A stretch of DNA of 38,183 nucleotides from Candidatus Limnocylindria bacterium (GCA_036564495.1 DATCOX010000130.1:1-38183), one strand, 5' to 3'; positions 13,610 to 25,122 are shown, counted from the first letter of the stretch. Notes: generated by a model from the letters alone, not told the origin. Program-made: numbers and translations.

Positions 13610-13639
13610 ATGTTAGCAGCGGTGTTAAGAGACGGTCAA
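13610..13639 (-). promoter_or_regulatory. Sigma-70-type promoter for the M23 peptidase gene
   Basis: The minus strand reads TTGACC (13639..13634), an 18-nt spacer ending in TGC, then TAACAT (13615..13610). This is a -35 element plus an extended -10. It would give a leader of about 100 nt before TTG 13508. Confidence 0.5.
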
Positions 13640-13688
13640 CCCGCCGGATGGCCCTTTTCGCCGTCGAACGTGGTCCTATCGGCGGTCG

Positions 13689-15062
13689 TCAGGGGCCTTC
13701 GGTGCCCAGCTGCAGGGGCGCCGACCCCAGGTCGGAGAGCGTCGTTTGGCCGTTCGCAAGGCTGATCCACAGGATCCCGCCCTCGCCTGACGGCACGCTG
13801 ATCGGGACTCGCAGGGCGACCGATTCGCCCGGCGCCAGCGCCGGGATGACGACGTCGAGCTGGTTGAGGTCGGCCGGGGGCTGGCGCAGGTAGGGCGCGG
13901 ATCCCTCGTGCCACCCGGCGAGGAGATGCAGACCGGCAGGCCAGGCCCTGGTCCCGGTGTTGGTCAGACGAAGGGGGAGGCCCATCGCGAGCTCAGCGCG
14001 ACGAATTCCGGCATGCCAGAACGGCGGGCCAGTCCCGGCGACCGCCGTCGGCACCAGCCCAGCCCCGCCACCGGGAATCAGGGCGTCGTAACGGACTGAC
14101 AGTGCACGATCGGCGAAATAGGAGGCGATCCCGGACGCGATCCCGGCCGCCGCGGCGGCCTGCCCCGCGGGCGAGAGGAGGAGGTCCTGTTCCGCCGCGA
14201 GCGTGATCGAGCCGACCTCGGTCAGCACCGCGGGCATCAGCGCGCCGCGCGTCGGCTGTTTGACCGGGTCGGGACGATCGGGCGTCGTCACGAACAGCGG
14301 CGGAGCCACCAGGTACAGGTTGACTGCGGAGATCCCGCGGTCCTGTCGCTCGTAGCTGGCCAACGGATCCAGGGCTGCCACCACGCCGTCCTGGATCAGC
14401 CCAGCCAGCCGCTGCGTCGCGCTCGGGCCCCACGGCGTCTCATCGGTGTAGTAGGTCTGGGTGGCCGCGATCTGGAAGACGACCCCGTTCTGGGTTAGCG
14501 AGTTGATGTGGATGCTGACCACGATGTCCGCGCGGGCGAGGTTGACCAGGTCCAGGCGGGCCTGCAGCTCGTCGCGGGTCCGGGTCTTGCCCTCCGGGTC
14601 GAATCCGGATTGCCCATCGCCGTTCACGTCGCGGAACGGTGCGCCGTGGCAGCCGAGATCGGGGTAGTCGTCGCCGGCCAGCGCCTCGTCGGCGTCGCGA
14701 GTCATGACCACCGTGACCCCCTGCGCCGCGAGGTCCCGTCGCAGCTCGAGGCCGATGGCCAGCGTCATGGCCTTCTCGCTGAAGGCCATGACGCGCAGCA
14801 ACGGATCGGGGACACCCCAGTCCAGGCAGCCGCCGTGGCCGGGGTCGATCGCCACCACGATCGCGGCGGGGTTGGGCTGGTAGATGGTGCTCGACGAACC
14901 TGGCGCCCGGACCACCTGACCGATGGTCGGGCTCGGCGATGGCGGCGCGGAAGGCTGGCCAGATGACCTTGCGCTTGGGCTCGGTGAGCTCGGCGCACAG
15001 GCCGACAGCAGAAGCGCCGTGATCAGCAGCGCGGCGAGGAGGCGACGCGCCGGCTGGAGCAT
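13689..15062 (-). CDS. N-acetylmuramoyl-L-alanine amidase (Amidase_3) lipoprotein with an extra C-terminal domain
   Basis: Signal peptide with a lipobox (LLLSAC). Amidase_3 blocks are present (VVAIDPGHGG, IVVSIHINS). About 140 aa of additional C-terminal beta-rich domain follow. The gene starts 14 nt downstream of the rho stop. Confidence 0.87.
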   Translation of the reverse strand: MLQPARRLLAALLITALLLSACAPSSPSPSARSSGQPSAPPSPSPTIGQVVRAPGSSSTIYQPNPAAIVVAIDPGHGGCLDWGVPDPLLRVMAFSEKAMTLAIGLELRRDLAAQGVTVVMTRDADEALAGDDYPDLGCHGAPFRDVNGDGQSGFDPEGKTRTRDELQARLDLVNLARADIVVSIHINSLTQNGVVFQIAATQTYYTDETPWGPSATQRLAGLIQDGVVAALDPLASYERQDRGISAVNLYLVAPPLFVTTPDRPDPVKQPTRGALMPAVLTEVGSITLAAEQDLLLSPAGQAAAAAGIASGIASYFADRALSVRYDALIPGGGAGLVPTAVAGTGPPFWHAGIRRAELAMGLPLRLTNTGTRAWPAGLHLLAGWHEGSAPYLRQPPADLNQLDVVIPALAPGESVALRVPISVPSGEGGILWISLANGQTTLSDLGSAPLQLGTEGP

Positions 15063-15076
15063 GGGACGCGGCCGGA

Positions 15077-16549
15077 TCAGCGCTCGGAGGCTTCGACGCT
15101 CTTGCTGAGCGAGACGAGGAACTCGGCGTTGTTCGTCGTCTTGCCCAGCCGTTGCATGAGCAGCTCGATCCCCTCGTTGGGGCCGACCGCGCTGAGCATC
15201 CGGCGCATCGTCCAGATCATGCGCAGGGTGTTCTCGTCGAGGAGCAGCTCCTCGCGGCGGGTCCCCGACCGGAGGACGTCGATGGCCGGGAAGATCCGCT
15301 TCTCCGACAGCTTGCGGTCGAGCGCCAGCTCCATGTTGCCGGTCCCCTTGAACTCCTCGTAGATGACGTCGTCCATCCGCGAGCCGGTGTCGACCAGGCA
15401 GGTGGCGATGATGGTCAGGCTGCCCCCGCCCTCGATGTTGCGGGCCGCTCCGAAGAAGCGCTTCGGCGGATAGAGGGCGATCGGGTCCACGCCACCCGAC
15501 AGGGTCTTGCCGGAAGCCGGCAGCGCGAGGTTGTAGGCGCGTGCAAGGCGCGTGATCGAGTCTAGCAGGACCACCACGTCGCGGCCGGTCTCAACCTGCC
15601 GCTTGGCGATCTCGAGGCACATCTCGGCAACACGCGTGTGATTCTCGGTCGGCTCGTCGAAGGTCGAGGCGAAGATCTCGCCCTTGACGCTCCGACTCAT
15701 GTCCGTGACCTCCTCCGGCCGCTCGCCGATCAGGGCGACCATCAAGACGGCCTCGGGGTAGTTGTCAGTGATTCCCGCCGCGATGTGCTTCAGGACGGTC
15801 GTCTTGCCGGCCTTTGCGGGCGACAGGATGAGCCCGCGCTGCCCCTTGCCGATCGGGCTGATCAGGTTGATGAGGCGCTGGGTGAGGTTCTTCTGGTCGG
15901 TCTCGATGTCGAACATCTCGTCCGGGAAGACCGGCACGAGGGTGTCGAAGTACGGGCGACGGCGCGCAGTGTCAGGGTCCACCCCGTTGACGGTGTCGAC
16001 CCGCAACAGCCCCCAGTACTTCTCCTGGTCCTTGGGCGGCCGGGTCTGGCCCTCCACCTTGTCGCCGGTCCGCAGCCCGAAACGTCGAACCTGGGACGAG
16101 CTGACGTAGATGTCGTCCTGGGACGGCATCACGCCATGGCGCCGCAGGAAGGCGAACCCCTCGTCGACGATCTCGAGGACGCCCGTCGCGATCCCCGGCT
16201 GGCCGTTCTGCTCGAGCCGCGGCTGTGCCGGCGTCAGCGGCACGACGTCGAGCAGCTTCAGGACGAGGTCCGAGTGCTCGAGCTCGTCGGCTCCCTCGAC
16301 GCCGAGCTCGCTCCCGAGCTCGCGGAGCTCCTCGAGGCTGCGGGACTGCAGCTCAGCGAGGTTCCAGCCCTCATCGGTCTCGTCGCCCTCGCGGGGGAAT
16401 GGCCCAGCGAAGATCGAGGAATAGCCGCCGGTCGCGTAGTTGTTGCGCCGACCCTGGTAGACGGGACGTGGCGCCTGACGGCGTGGACCTCCCCCGTCGG
16501 GTCTGCGTCGTGGCCGACCGCGGCGCTGGGAGCGGGTGTCGTCGTTCAT
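15077..16549 (-). CDS. rho: Transcription termination factor Rho, with an Arg/Gly-rich N-terminal extension
   Basis: Rho_N helix bundle ([21 protein letters not shown]), an RNA-binding cold-shock-like domain ([14 protein letters not shown]), Walker A ([11 protein letters not shown]) and an ATPase domain conserved to the C-terminus. Confidence 0.96.
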   Translation of the reverse strand: MNDDTRSQRRGRPRRRPDGGGPRRQAPRPVYQGRRNNYATGGYSSIFAGPFPREGDETDEGWNLAELQSRSLEELRELGSELGVEGADELEHSDLVLKLLDVVPLTPAQPRLEQNGQPGIATGVLEIVDEGFAFLRRHGVMPSQDDIYVSSSQVRRFGLRTGDKVEGQTRPPKDQEKYWGLLRVDTVNGVDPDTARRRPYFDTLVPVFPDEMFDIETDQKNLTQRLINLISPIGKGQRGLILSPAKAGKTTVLKHIAAGITDNYPEAVLMVALIGERPEEVTDMSRSVKGEIFASTFDEPTENHTRVAEMCLEIAKRQVETGRDVVVLLDSITRLARAYNLALPASGKTLSGGVDPIALYPPKRFFGAARNIEGGGSLTIIATCLVDTGSRMDDVIYEEFKGTGNMELALDRKLSEKRIFPAIDVLRSGTRREELLLDENTLRMIWTMRRMLSAVGPNEGIELLMQRLGKTTNNAEFLVSLSKSVEASER

Positions 16550-16672
16550 TGAGTACCTGTAACCTCGATCAAGGGGGAGCTGGATAGGAAGCCTCGTTCA
16601 CGGGCGAGGTTCCACGGGACCACGCGGGAGCGTGTCGCTCTCGTCCGGGGGACGCGCGGGCGGATGAACCGG

Positions 16673-18247
16673 TCAGACCTTGCGGGTCCCTGCGCGAGTG
16701 GTGATGTTGGGCCCGCCGTAGCCGCTCATCTCGCCGACGAGCTTGGCCCGAATCTGACGCACGACCGGTCGCCAGTCCAGCGAATCATACCCGAGATGCG
16801 CAACCACCTGTTCGGCGGTCCATGCCTGCCCCTGCTTCCACGCTCGCTTGAGCGTGTCGCCGGCAGCCGCCGAGCGCCACCACGCCTCGCCGTGGCGCGC
16901 GATGAGGTAGTCCGTCAGCGCCGCGTCGAGCATGAAGCAGCGCATGTAGGAGGCCGCGTACATGCCGTCGTCAAAGACGAGATAACGCTCCTCCGGCTCG
17001 CGCACGCCGGTCAGCAGCCCGGCCAGTCCCGCATAGGTGGCCCGATGGACGGCGGCGTCGCCGCCGCGGTGCATGCGAAGCTCGTGGAGATGGCTCGCCG
17101 CGAGCGATCGCAGCACGACCAGGTGGTAGAGGGAGAAGAAGTCGGCGAAGGCGATCGCGTGCTCCATCGGCATACCGAGCTGCTCGACCAGCCAATCGGG
17201 CTCGGCCAGGAGCCGCTCGAAGGTCATCGCGTAGCCCTCGGTGACGCTCGCGTCGCCGAGCTCGCGCAGCGAGAGCGGCAGGTTGGGGTCCACGTGCAGG
17301 AAGTGCTCGAGGTGGCCGGACTCGTGCAGCACGGCGCCGTAGTCGTCCCATCCGCCACGCGGCTGGATCACGAGCCGAACATCGCGCGGGGCGTTGATCA
17401 CCGCCACGAAGGCGCGCGGCGACTTGTTCGGCCGTGCGTCGACGTCGAGCGTTGCGCCGGGCTGGCCGCGCAGCTCGATCCCGAGCCCGCGCAACGTCGA
17501 TTCGAGGACCGTCATGATGCGCCGCCCGTCGAACCAGTTGTCCCAGCCGCTGCCGCGCATCAGGTACCACAGGTCGGCGAGGCTCGCGTCGCCCTGCTCG
17601 ATCTCGATCCGCGCCAGGTAGCGCCGCAGGGCGGCAAAGTACGGCGTCTCGGACTCCCCCAGGAAGTCGCGGATCCCAGCTCCAAGACCGTCGGGATCGA
17701 AGCCACGGGTCGTCGCGATCAGCTCGACGTAGTCGGCGTAGCCCAGCTCGCGGGCGAGCTCGCCGATCCGTTCGAACCGCTCCTGACGGAGTGGGTTGAT
17801 CGCCTCCTCCGCCTCGAGGTACGAGGCGTACAGCCCGTTTCGCTCGGCACGACCGCTGATCTCGCTGATCCGGTTGCGGAGGGCCCGATACGGGATCGAC
17901 TCGCCGCGCCACACCACCACGGCGGTTGCCTCGGCCGTTCCGACGGCATCGGTCAGGGCGGAGATGGAGCGCTCGATCAGCCCGTCCGTGGCGACGGCAA
18001 GGAGCGCGCGGTTGTGACTCTCGTCCGCTCCCCCGGCGTCGAGCAGCCCGCGCAGCGCGTCAACCCGGGAGCGGTCGAAGAGCGTGGCGTGGCGCTCGTA
18101 GATCGGCCCCAGCGACAGCTCGTCGTGGAGCCCCGCGCCGTGCTGGTAGAGCTCCTCTTCGCGCTCGGCGATGAAGGCGCCGAGATCGCGCTCGTAGGCA
18201 GGCCGGCTGAATGCCGCCCGGCGAGGGGCGGCGGCGCGCGGGCTCAT
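16673..18247 (-). CDS. HExxH zinc metallopeptidase, M3 (oligoendopeptidase F)-like
   Basis: About 524 aa with VLHESGHLEHF (HExxH). The size and helical character are consistent with the M3 family. ATG 18247 lies 4 nt after the pyrG stop. Track start 18304 would overlap pyrG. Confidence 0.7.
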   Translation of the reverse strand: MSPRAAAPRRAAFSRPAYERDLGAFIAEREEELYQHGAGLHDELSLGPIYERHATLFDRSRVDALRGLLDAGGADESHNRALLAVATDGLIERSISALTDAVGTAEATAVVVWRGESIPYRALRNRISEISGRAERNGLYASYLEAEEAINPLRQERFERIGELARELGYADYVELIATTRGFDPDGLGAGIRDFLGESETPYFAALRRYLARIEIEQGDASLADLWYLMRGSGWDNWFDGRRIMTVLESTLRGLGIELRGQPGATLDVDARPNKSPRAFVAVINAPRDVRLVIQPRGGWDDYGAVLHESGHLEHFLHVDPNLPLSLRELGDASVTEGYAMTFERLLAEPDWLVEQLGMPMEHAIAFADFFSLYHLVVLRSLAASHLHELRMHRGGDAAVHRATYAGLAGLLTGVREPEERYLVFDDGMYAASYMRCFMLDAALTDYLIARHGEAWWRSAAAGDTLKRAWKQGQAWTAEQVVAHLGYDSLDWRPVVRQIRAKLVGEMSGYGGPNITTRAGTRKV

Positions 18248-18251
18248 CGGC

Positions 18252-20899
<2,648 letters not shown>

Positions 20900-20903
<4 letters not shown>

Positions 20904-21052
20904 ACGGCGTCCTCGATCTCGAGGTCGTCCTCGTCGCCCTCCTCGGTCAGCTTGAGCCACACGAAGAGGCCGGCCAGGACGGTGAGCGGGATGATGATCA
21001 TCGCGGCCAGCAGCGCCCCGATGGTGAGGAACAGGATCTTGAAGAGCTTCAT
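20900..21052 (-). CDS. 50-aa membrane miniprotein (one TM plus an acidic tail); not in the supplied ORF track
   Basis: My translation is MKLFKILFLTIGALLAAMIIIPLTVLAGLFVWLKLTEEGDEDDLEIEDAV. ATG 21052 overlaps the stop of the upstream gene (ATGA 21049-21052). GGGGAG lies 8 nt upstream. The stop shares a CTAG with the convergent UbiA stop. Confidence 0.5.
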
Positions 21053-21591
21053 GCCACGGTCTCCCCGTCAGGTGCCCCGGCCTGCTGGCCGGGCTTGTTT
21101 CGTTGCCCTGGTGCTGCGTCGATCATAGACAGGATGTCGTCCCGGGTGAATTCGACCAGCTGGTGGCCCATCGGTGCCGCGCCTGCGCCGAGCATGAGCA
21201 GGCGGAGGACGAACGCGCCCTCCTGCTCGAAGAGGAAGACGTCGCGCGGTCGGTTGAGGTCCAGGTAGGCGCCGATCACGCGCATCGCCTGCTCGTAGTA
21301 GTTCGAGATCTCGGCATGTGGCGTGTCCGAGGGGGCGGTGCCGCGCTTGGCTGTGGCGGCCTCCATCAGCTCGGCGACCTCGTCGTCGGGCAGCTCCCTG
21401 GTGATCTTGATCAGCGTCATCTCGGATTCGGTGCGGGCGCCGGCCGCCGGCATCCCCATCGCCTGCAGGATGAAGCCGGCGTCGAGCTCAAGGAGCAGGA
21501 GCTCCTTGATCCGCTCGCGGTCGACGTAGGCGCCGATGCTGCGGAACACCTCTTCCCAGCCCTGCCGAGGGCTCCCCTCGTAGATCCGCAT
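21049..21591 (-). CDS. Hypothetical protein built from two copies of an ~80-aa repeat
   Basis: ATG 21591 is preceded by GGAGAG. The 180-aa protein has an evident internal duplication (WEEVFRSIGAYVDRERIKELLLLELDAGFILQ versus YEQAMRVIGAYLDLNRPRDVFLFEQEGAFVLR). I recognise no family. The track ORF extension to 22137 is antisense to psuG. Confidence 0.7.
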   Translation of the reverse strand: MRIYEGSPRQGWEEVFRSIGAYVDRERIKELLLLELDAGFILQAMGMPAAGARTESEMTLIKITRELPDDEVAELMEAATAKRGTAPSDTPHAEISNYYEQAMRVIGAYLDLNRPRDVFLFEQEGAFVLRLLMLGAGAAPMGHQLVEFTRDDILSMIDAAPGQRNKPGQQAGAPDGETVA

Positions 21592-21640
21592 GCGACTCTC
21601 CAGCTCCCTGTCGCGGCCCGGTGCTGCGGGGCTGAGGGGC

Positions 21641-21649
21641 AGGATACCA
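21641..21649 (-). promoter_or_regulatory. Candidate extended -10 (TGGTATCCT) upstream of the repeat-protein gene
   Basis: The minus strand reads TGGTATCCT, 20 nt downstream of the psuG stop and about 50 nt upstream of ATG 21591. Confidence 0.3.
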
Positions 21650-21668
21650 GCCGCCGAGCGCGGCACGT

Positions 21669-22607
21669 TCAGGCGACCGGGTTCTTGCTCCTGCCGGCCA
21701 GGGCCACGGCGATTCGCGCCGCCATCCGGGCGTTGTTGATGATCAGGCCGATGTTGGTGCGCAACGTCCGCCCATCCGACAGCTCGGCGACGCGGCCCAG
21801 GATGAAGGGCGTCACCCCCGCACCTCGGATCCCGCTTCGCTCGGCATCGGTGGTGGCGGCCTCGATCCAGGCCGCGACCTCGTCGGGCGGAATGGCCAGC
21901 TCCCCGGGCGGAGGCTGGACGAACAGGAGCCCGCCCGAGCCATCGATGGTCAGATGGATCGCCAGCACCTCGGCGGCCTCGGCCGCCGTCTCCACCCGAT
22001 GGGCAAGGGGCAGGCCCGACCCGGCGCTGTAGAAGGCCGGGAGCTCGTCGACGCCGAGCCCGATGACCGGCACGCGACGGGTCTCGAGCAGCTCGAGCGT
22101 GGCGGGGAGATCGAGGATCGACTTGGCGCCGCTGCACACCACCGCGGCGCGGGTCGTCGCCAGCTCGTCAATGTCGCTGCTGACGTCGAACGATGTCGCC
22201 GCTCCGCGATGCACGCCGCCGATGCCGCCGGTGGCCAGCACCCGGATGCCGGCAAGCGAGGCGATGCGGAGTGCGGCGCTGACCGTTGTCGACGCGAGGC
22301 GGCCGGCGGCGAGGAGCGGAGCGAGGTCGCGGGACCCCGCCTTTGCAGCTCGCTGCTGGGGGTCCGCCAGTCGCTCGAGGACCGTCGGCCCGGCGCCGAC
22401 CAGCATTCGGCCACCGTCGATCGCGGTGGTGGCGGGCACCGCGCCCTCGTCACGCACCGCCCGCTCCGTCGCGAGCGCCGCCTCAAGGTTGTGAGGCGCC
22501 GGCAGACCCTGCGCGATGAGGCTCGACTCGAGCGCGACCACCGGCCGGTCATCGGCGATCGCCGCGGCAACCTCATCCGAGATCCAGAGGAGCGCGGTTC
22601 CACGCAT
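21669..22607 (-). CDS. psuG: Pseudouridine-5'-phosphate glycosidase
   Basis: 312 aa. The N-terminal VVALESSLIAQGLPAPHN block and overall conservation are typical of the IndA/PsuG family. The ATG shares one base with the upstream kinase stop (TGATG). Confidence 0.9.
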   Translation of the reverse strand: MRGTALLWISDEVAAAIADDRPVVALESSLIAQGLPAPHNLEAALATERAVRDEGAVPATTAIDGGRMLVGAGPTVLERLADPQQRAAKAGSRDLAPLLAAGRLASTTVSAALRIASLAGIRVLATGGIGGVHRGAATSFDVSSDIDELATTRAAVVCSGAKSILDLPATLELLETRRVPVIGLGVDELPAFYSAGSGLPLAHRVETAAEAAEVLAIHLTIDGSGGLLFVQPPPGELAIPPDEVAAWIEAATTDAERSGIRGAGVTPFILGRVAELSDGRTLRTNIGLIINNARMAARIAVALAGRSKNPVA

Positions 22608-23488
22608 CAGAGCGCCTGCTCCGTGGCCGTCCGCGCCTGCGCCCCGACGAGGCGCGCCACCAGCCCTCCGTCGCGAGAGCCGCGCTCCATGGCGTCGCGC
22701 AGGGTCGGCACATCCGGTGGCCAGCCCGCAGCGGCAAGCCGAACAATCAGCGCGGCAACGTACGCGTCGCCCGCACCGGTGGCGTCGACCATCGGGCTTG
22801 TCGCGTCGACCGCAGGCACCGAGAGCGCGAAGCCGGGACCGGCGATGACCCGGGGGAATTCGAGCACCAGCGCATCGGCCGCGGCCGGCAGCGAGGGAAG
22901 CTGGCGGTCCAGGAGCGCGGCTGCCTCATCGCGCCCCATCACCAGCAGGTCGATCCCCGCGCTCGCCAGCCGCCGCCTGACCCGGCCTGATCGCTCCGTG
23001 TCGTCGGGAAGCGACCCGCCGCCGGCGCTGACTCTGATCGCCGGTGGCAATGAGCCGAGCGTCTCTGCCAGCGGATCCCCAGCGGCGTCGTCCGCCAGGG
23101 CGTACCCCGAGCAATGGACCCACTCGGCCCCGGCTGCGGCAGCCGCCATCTGGCTCGGGTCGAGGCTGACACGGTCCGAGAGCATCGTTCGCTCCCCCAT
23201 GGTGTCGAGCAGCGAGACCACCAGGCCGCTGCGGGCTGTTGCGAGCCGAACGAGAGCCACGCCATCGGCTTCGAGCGCGGCCGACAGCAGGCGCCCGACC
23301 TCGTCCTCGGCGACCGCCGTCGCAAGCCGGACCTCCATCCCTGCTCGGGCCAGCCGGACCGCCACGTTGGCGCCCTGGCCGCCGGGCGAAAGGGAGATGC
23401 GGGCAGACGTGTCGCCGCCGGCCCGTGGAGCTGCCGCCGGGCGAACCGTCACGTCCAGCGTCGAGTCACCGATGACGGTGACTCGCAT
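22607..23488 (-). CDS. psuK: PfkB-family carbohydrate kinase, likely pseudouridine kinase
   Basis: GGQGANVAVRLA and DATGAGDAY PfkB signatures. ATG 23488 (MRVTVIGD). The specific assignment rests on coupling to psuG, as in E. coli yeiC-yeiN. Confidence 0.78.
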   Translation of the reverse strand: MRVTVIGDSTLDVTVRPAAAPRAGGDTSARISLSPGGQGANVAVRLARAGMEVRLATAVAEDEVGRLLSAALEADGVALVRLATARSGLVVSLLDTMGERTMLSDRVSLDPSQMAAAAAGAEWVHCSGYALADDAAGDPLAETLGSLPPAIRVSAGGGSLPDDTERSGRVRRRLASAGIDLLVMGRDEAAALLDRQLPSLPAAADALVLEFPRVIAGPGFALSVPAVDATSPMVDATGAGDAYVAALIVRLAAAGWPPDVPTLRDAMERGSRDGGLVARLVGAQARTATEQAL

Positions 23489-23498
23489 CAGCCGACCC

Positions 23499-23894
23499 TC
23501 ACCAGGGCCGCCGGGTCGCGTACCCCTCGTCGATGGGGTGCCAGAAGGCGACGCGCGGATCGGCGAGCCGCCAGCAGAGCCAGACCAGGCGGCCCTCGCG
23601 CTCGCCCGGGAAGTCGACGAGCCCCATCTCGAGGTCTCGCACCTCGACGCCCATCTCGGAGAGGTGCACGAGCAGGGTGCGCATCCCCTCGCGGATCTCC
23701 GCTGTCTCGGCCTCTTTCCGATCCGCCGCCGCGGCGCTGCTGGGATCGCCGTTGGCGTCGAGCTGGCGGTGCATCTCGGCATGGGAGGCATCGAGCTGGC
23801 GCTGTTGGACGGCGAGCTGCAGGAGGACGGCCCGAACCTGCGGAATCAGGGCGTTCGCTTCCTCGATGCTGTACGTCCGGCGCGCGTCGGGCAT
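23499..23894 (-). CDS. DUF2203-family protein
   Basis: 131 aa. The pattern YSIEEANALIPQV...GVEVRDLEMGLVDFPGEREGRLVWLCWRL...WHPIDEGYATRRP matches my recollection of DUF2203. Confidence 0.72.
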   Translation of the reverse strand: MPDARRTYSIEEANALIPQVRAVLLQLAVQQRQLDASHAEMHRQLDANGDPSSAAAADRKEAETAEIREGMRTLLVHLSEMGVEVRDLEMGLVDFPGEREGRLVWLCWRLADPRVAFWHPIDEGYATRRPW

Positions 23895-23903
23895 GGCCGT
23901 TCG

Positions 23904-23912
23904 ATGGTAGCA
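23904..23912 (-). promoter_or_regulatory. Candidate extended -10 (TGCTACCAT) for a leaderless or near-leaderless DUF2203-psuK-psuG transcript
   Basis: The minus strand reads TGCTACCATCG-AACGGCC-ATG(23894). The spacing and flanks are the same as the obg element. There is no SD. Confidence 0.4.
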
Positions 23913-23935
23913 GGACCCACTCGGCGCACCCCCTC

Positions 23936-23944
23936 TGCTAGGAT
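23936..23944 (+). promoter_or_regulatory. Candidate extended -10 (TGCTAGGAT) for the agmatinase-family gene
   Basis: The plus strand reads TGCTAGGATCG, 23 nt from the divergent minus-strand element. It would give a leader of about 75 nt before ATG 24025. Confidence 0.35.
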
Positions 23945-24024
23945 CGGGGCCGCTTCAGCTGCGGGCCTGCTCCGCGCCGCGACGGCGCCCGCGATCGTTC
24001 GCAGGAGGGCGTCAGCCATCACCG

Positions 24025-25101
24025 ATGGCCAGTGAGACGCAGCGTCGCCACGGCCCCAACGACGAGGACCCGCCAAGCGGGCTCGACCCCTACACCGAGT
24101 GGGACGAGTTCGACCTGCCGGCCTACGTCGGCCGGACCAGCTTCCAGAAGCTTCCCGAGCTGACCGATGGGGACGCGCTGCGAGCCCGTCGGCCCGACGT
24201 CGCGATCGTCGGCGCGCCGTTCGACGACGCGGTCAGCCATCGGCCCGGCGCCCGATTCGGGCCGCGCGCCATCAGGGCGGCGACCTACATCGCCGGCTCG
24301 CCGAACTCCCTGCAGCTCGGCATCGAGCCGTTCGAGTGGATCGACGTCGTGGATGCCGGAGACGCACCGGTCGTCCCGGCCAACCTCGAGCGCGGCCATG
24401 CGGTGATCCGCCGCAAGGTGCTGGAGGTCGCTCGCGCCGGAGCGATCCCGATCGTGCTGGGCGGCGATCACTCGATCACGTTCCCGTCCGCGTCGGCGGT
24501 CGCTGAGGCGATCGCGCCGAGGCGGCTGGGGATGGTCCACTTCGACGCCCACGCCGACGCCGCCAACAGCACGTGGGGCGTGCTCGCATCGCACGGCACA
24601 CCGATGCGGCGCCTGATCGAGTCGGGGGCGATCGACGGGCGCAACTTCGTCCAGGTCGGGCTGCGCGGCTACTGGCCGCCTCCTGCCACGCTGGCCTGGA
24701 TGGAGGAGCACGGCCTGCGAGTGCACTTCATGACCGAGATCGAGGAGCGCGGAGCGGAGGCGGTCGTGGCCGACGCGATCGCCCAGGCGCTCGATGGGCC
24801 GGAGGCGATCTACCTGTCGATCGACATCGACGTCATCGACCCGGGCATGGCGCCCGGGACCGGGACGCCGGAGCCGGGCGGGATGCTGTCGCGGGAGCTG
24901 CTCCGGGCGATCCGCCAGGTCGTGGCGGCGGTCGACCTGGCCGGGATGGACGTGGTCGAGGTCGCGCCGGTCTACGACGTCAGCGAGATCACGGCAGCGG
25001 CGGCGCATCGGTGCGTGATGGAGGCGATCAGCGCGCTGGCCGTCAAGCGGAGGGATGCCGGTGGCACGGCGCGGCCGAGCGGGCGGACTCGGGACGGATA
25101 G
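24025..25101 (+). CDS. speB: Agmatinase / ureohydrolase (arginase fold)
   Basis: Mn-binding blocks are present: GGDHSITFP, HFDAHADA, SIDIDVIDPGMAPGTGTPEPGG. The exact substrate (agmatine versus another guanidino compound) cannot be determined from the sequence alone. Confidence 0.85.
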   Translation: MASETQRRHGPNDEDPPSGLDPYTEWDEFDLPAYVGRTSFQKLPELTDGDALRARRPDVAIVGAPFDDAVSHRPGARFGPRAIRAATYIAGSPNSLQLGIEPFEWIDVVDAGDAPVVPANLERGHAVIRRKVLEVARAGAIPIVLGGDHSITFPSASAVAEAIAPRRLGMVHFDAHADAANSTWGVLASHGTPMRRLIESGAIDGRNFVQVGLRGYWPPPATLAWMEEHGLRVHFMTEIEERGAEAVVADAIAQALDGPEAIYLSIDIDVIDPGMAPGTGTPEPGGMLSRELLRAIRQVVAAVDLAGMDVVEVAPVYDVSEITAAAAHRCVMEAISALAVKRRDAGGTARPSGRTRDG

Positions 25102-25122
25102 CGGGCGGGCTAGCCGTCGGGG

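Noticed and set aside
13509-13690. Possible ydaO/c-di-AMP riboswitch upstream of the M23 peptidase. Local resemblances were AGGACCAC, GGGUUGACC and CACCGCUGCUAAC.
   Set aside because: The best-matching pieces are better explained as a -35 TTGACC and an extended -10 TGCTAACAT with 18-nt spacing. The second pseudo-symmetric half of the ydaO fold is missing, and the matching segment would lie upstream of the predicted TSS. A cmsearch with RF00379 would settle it.
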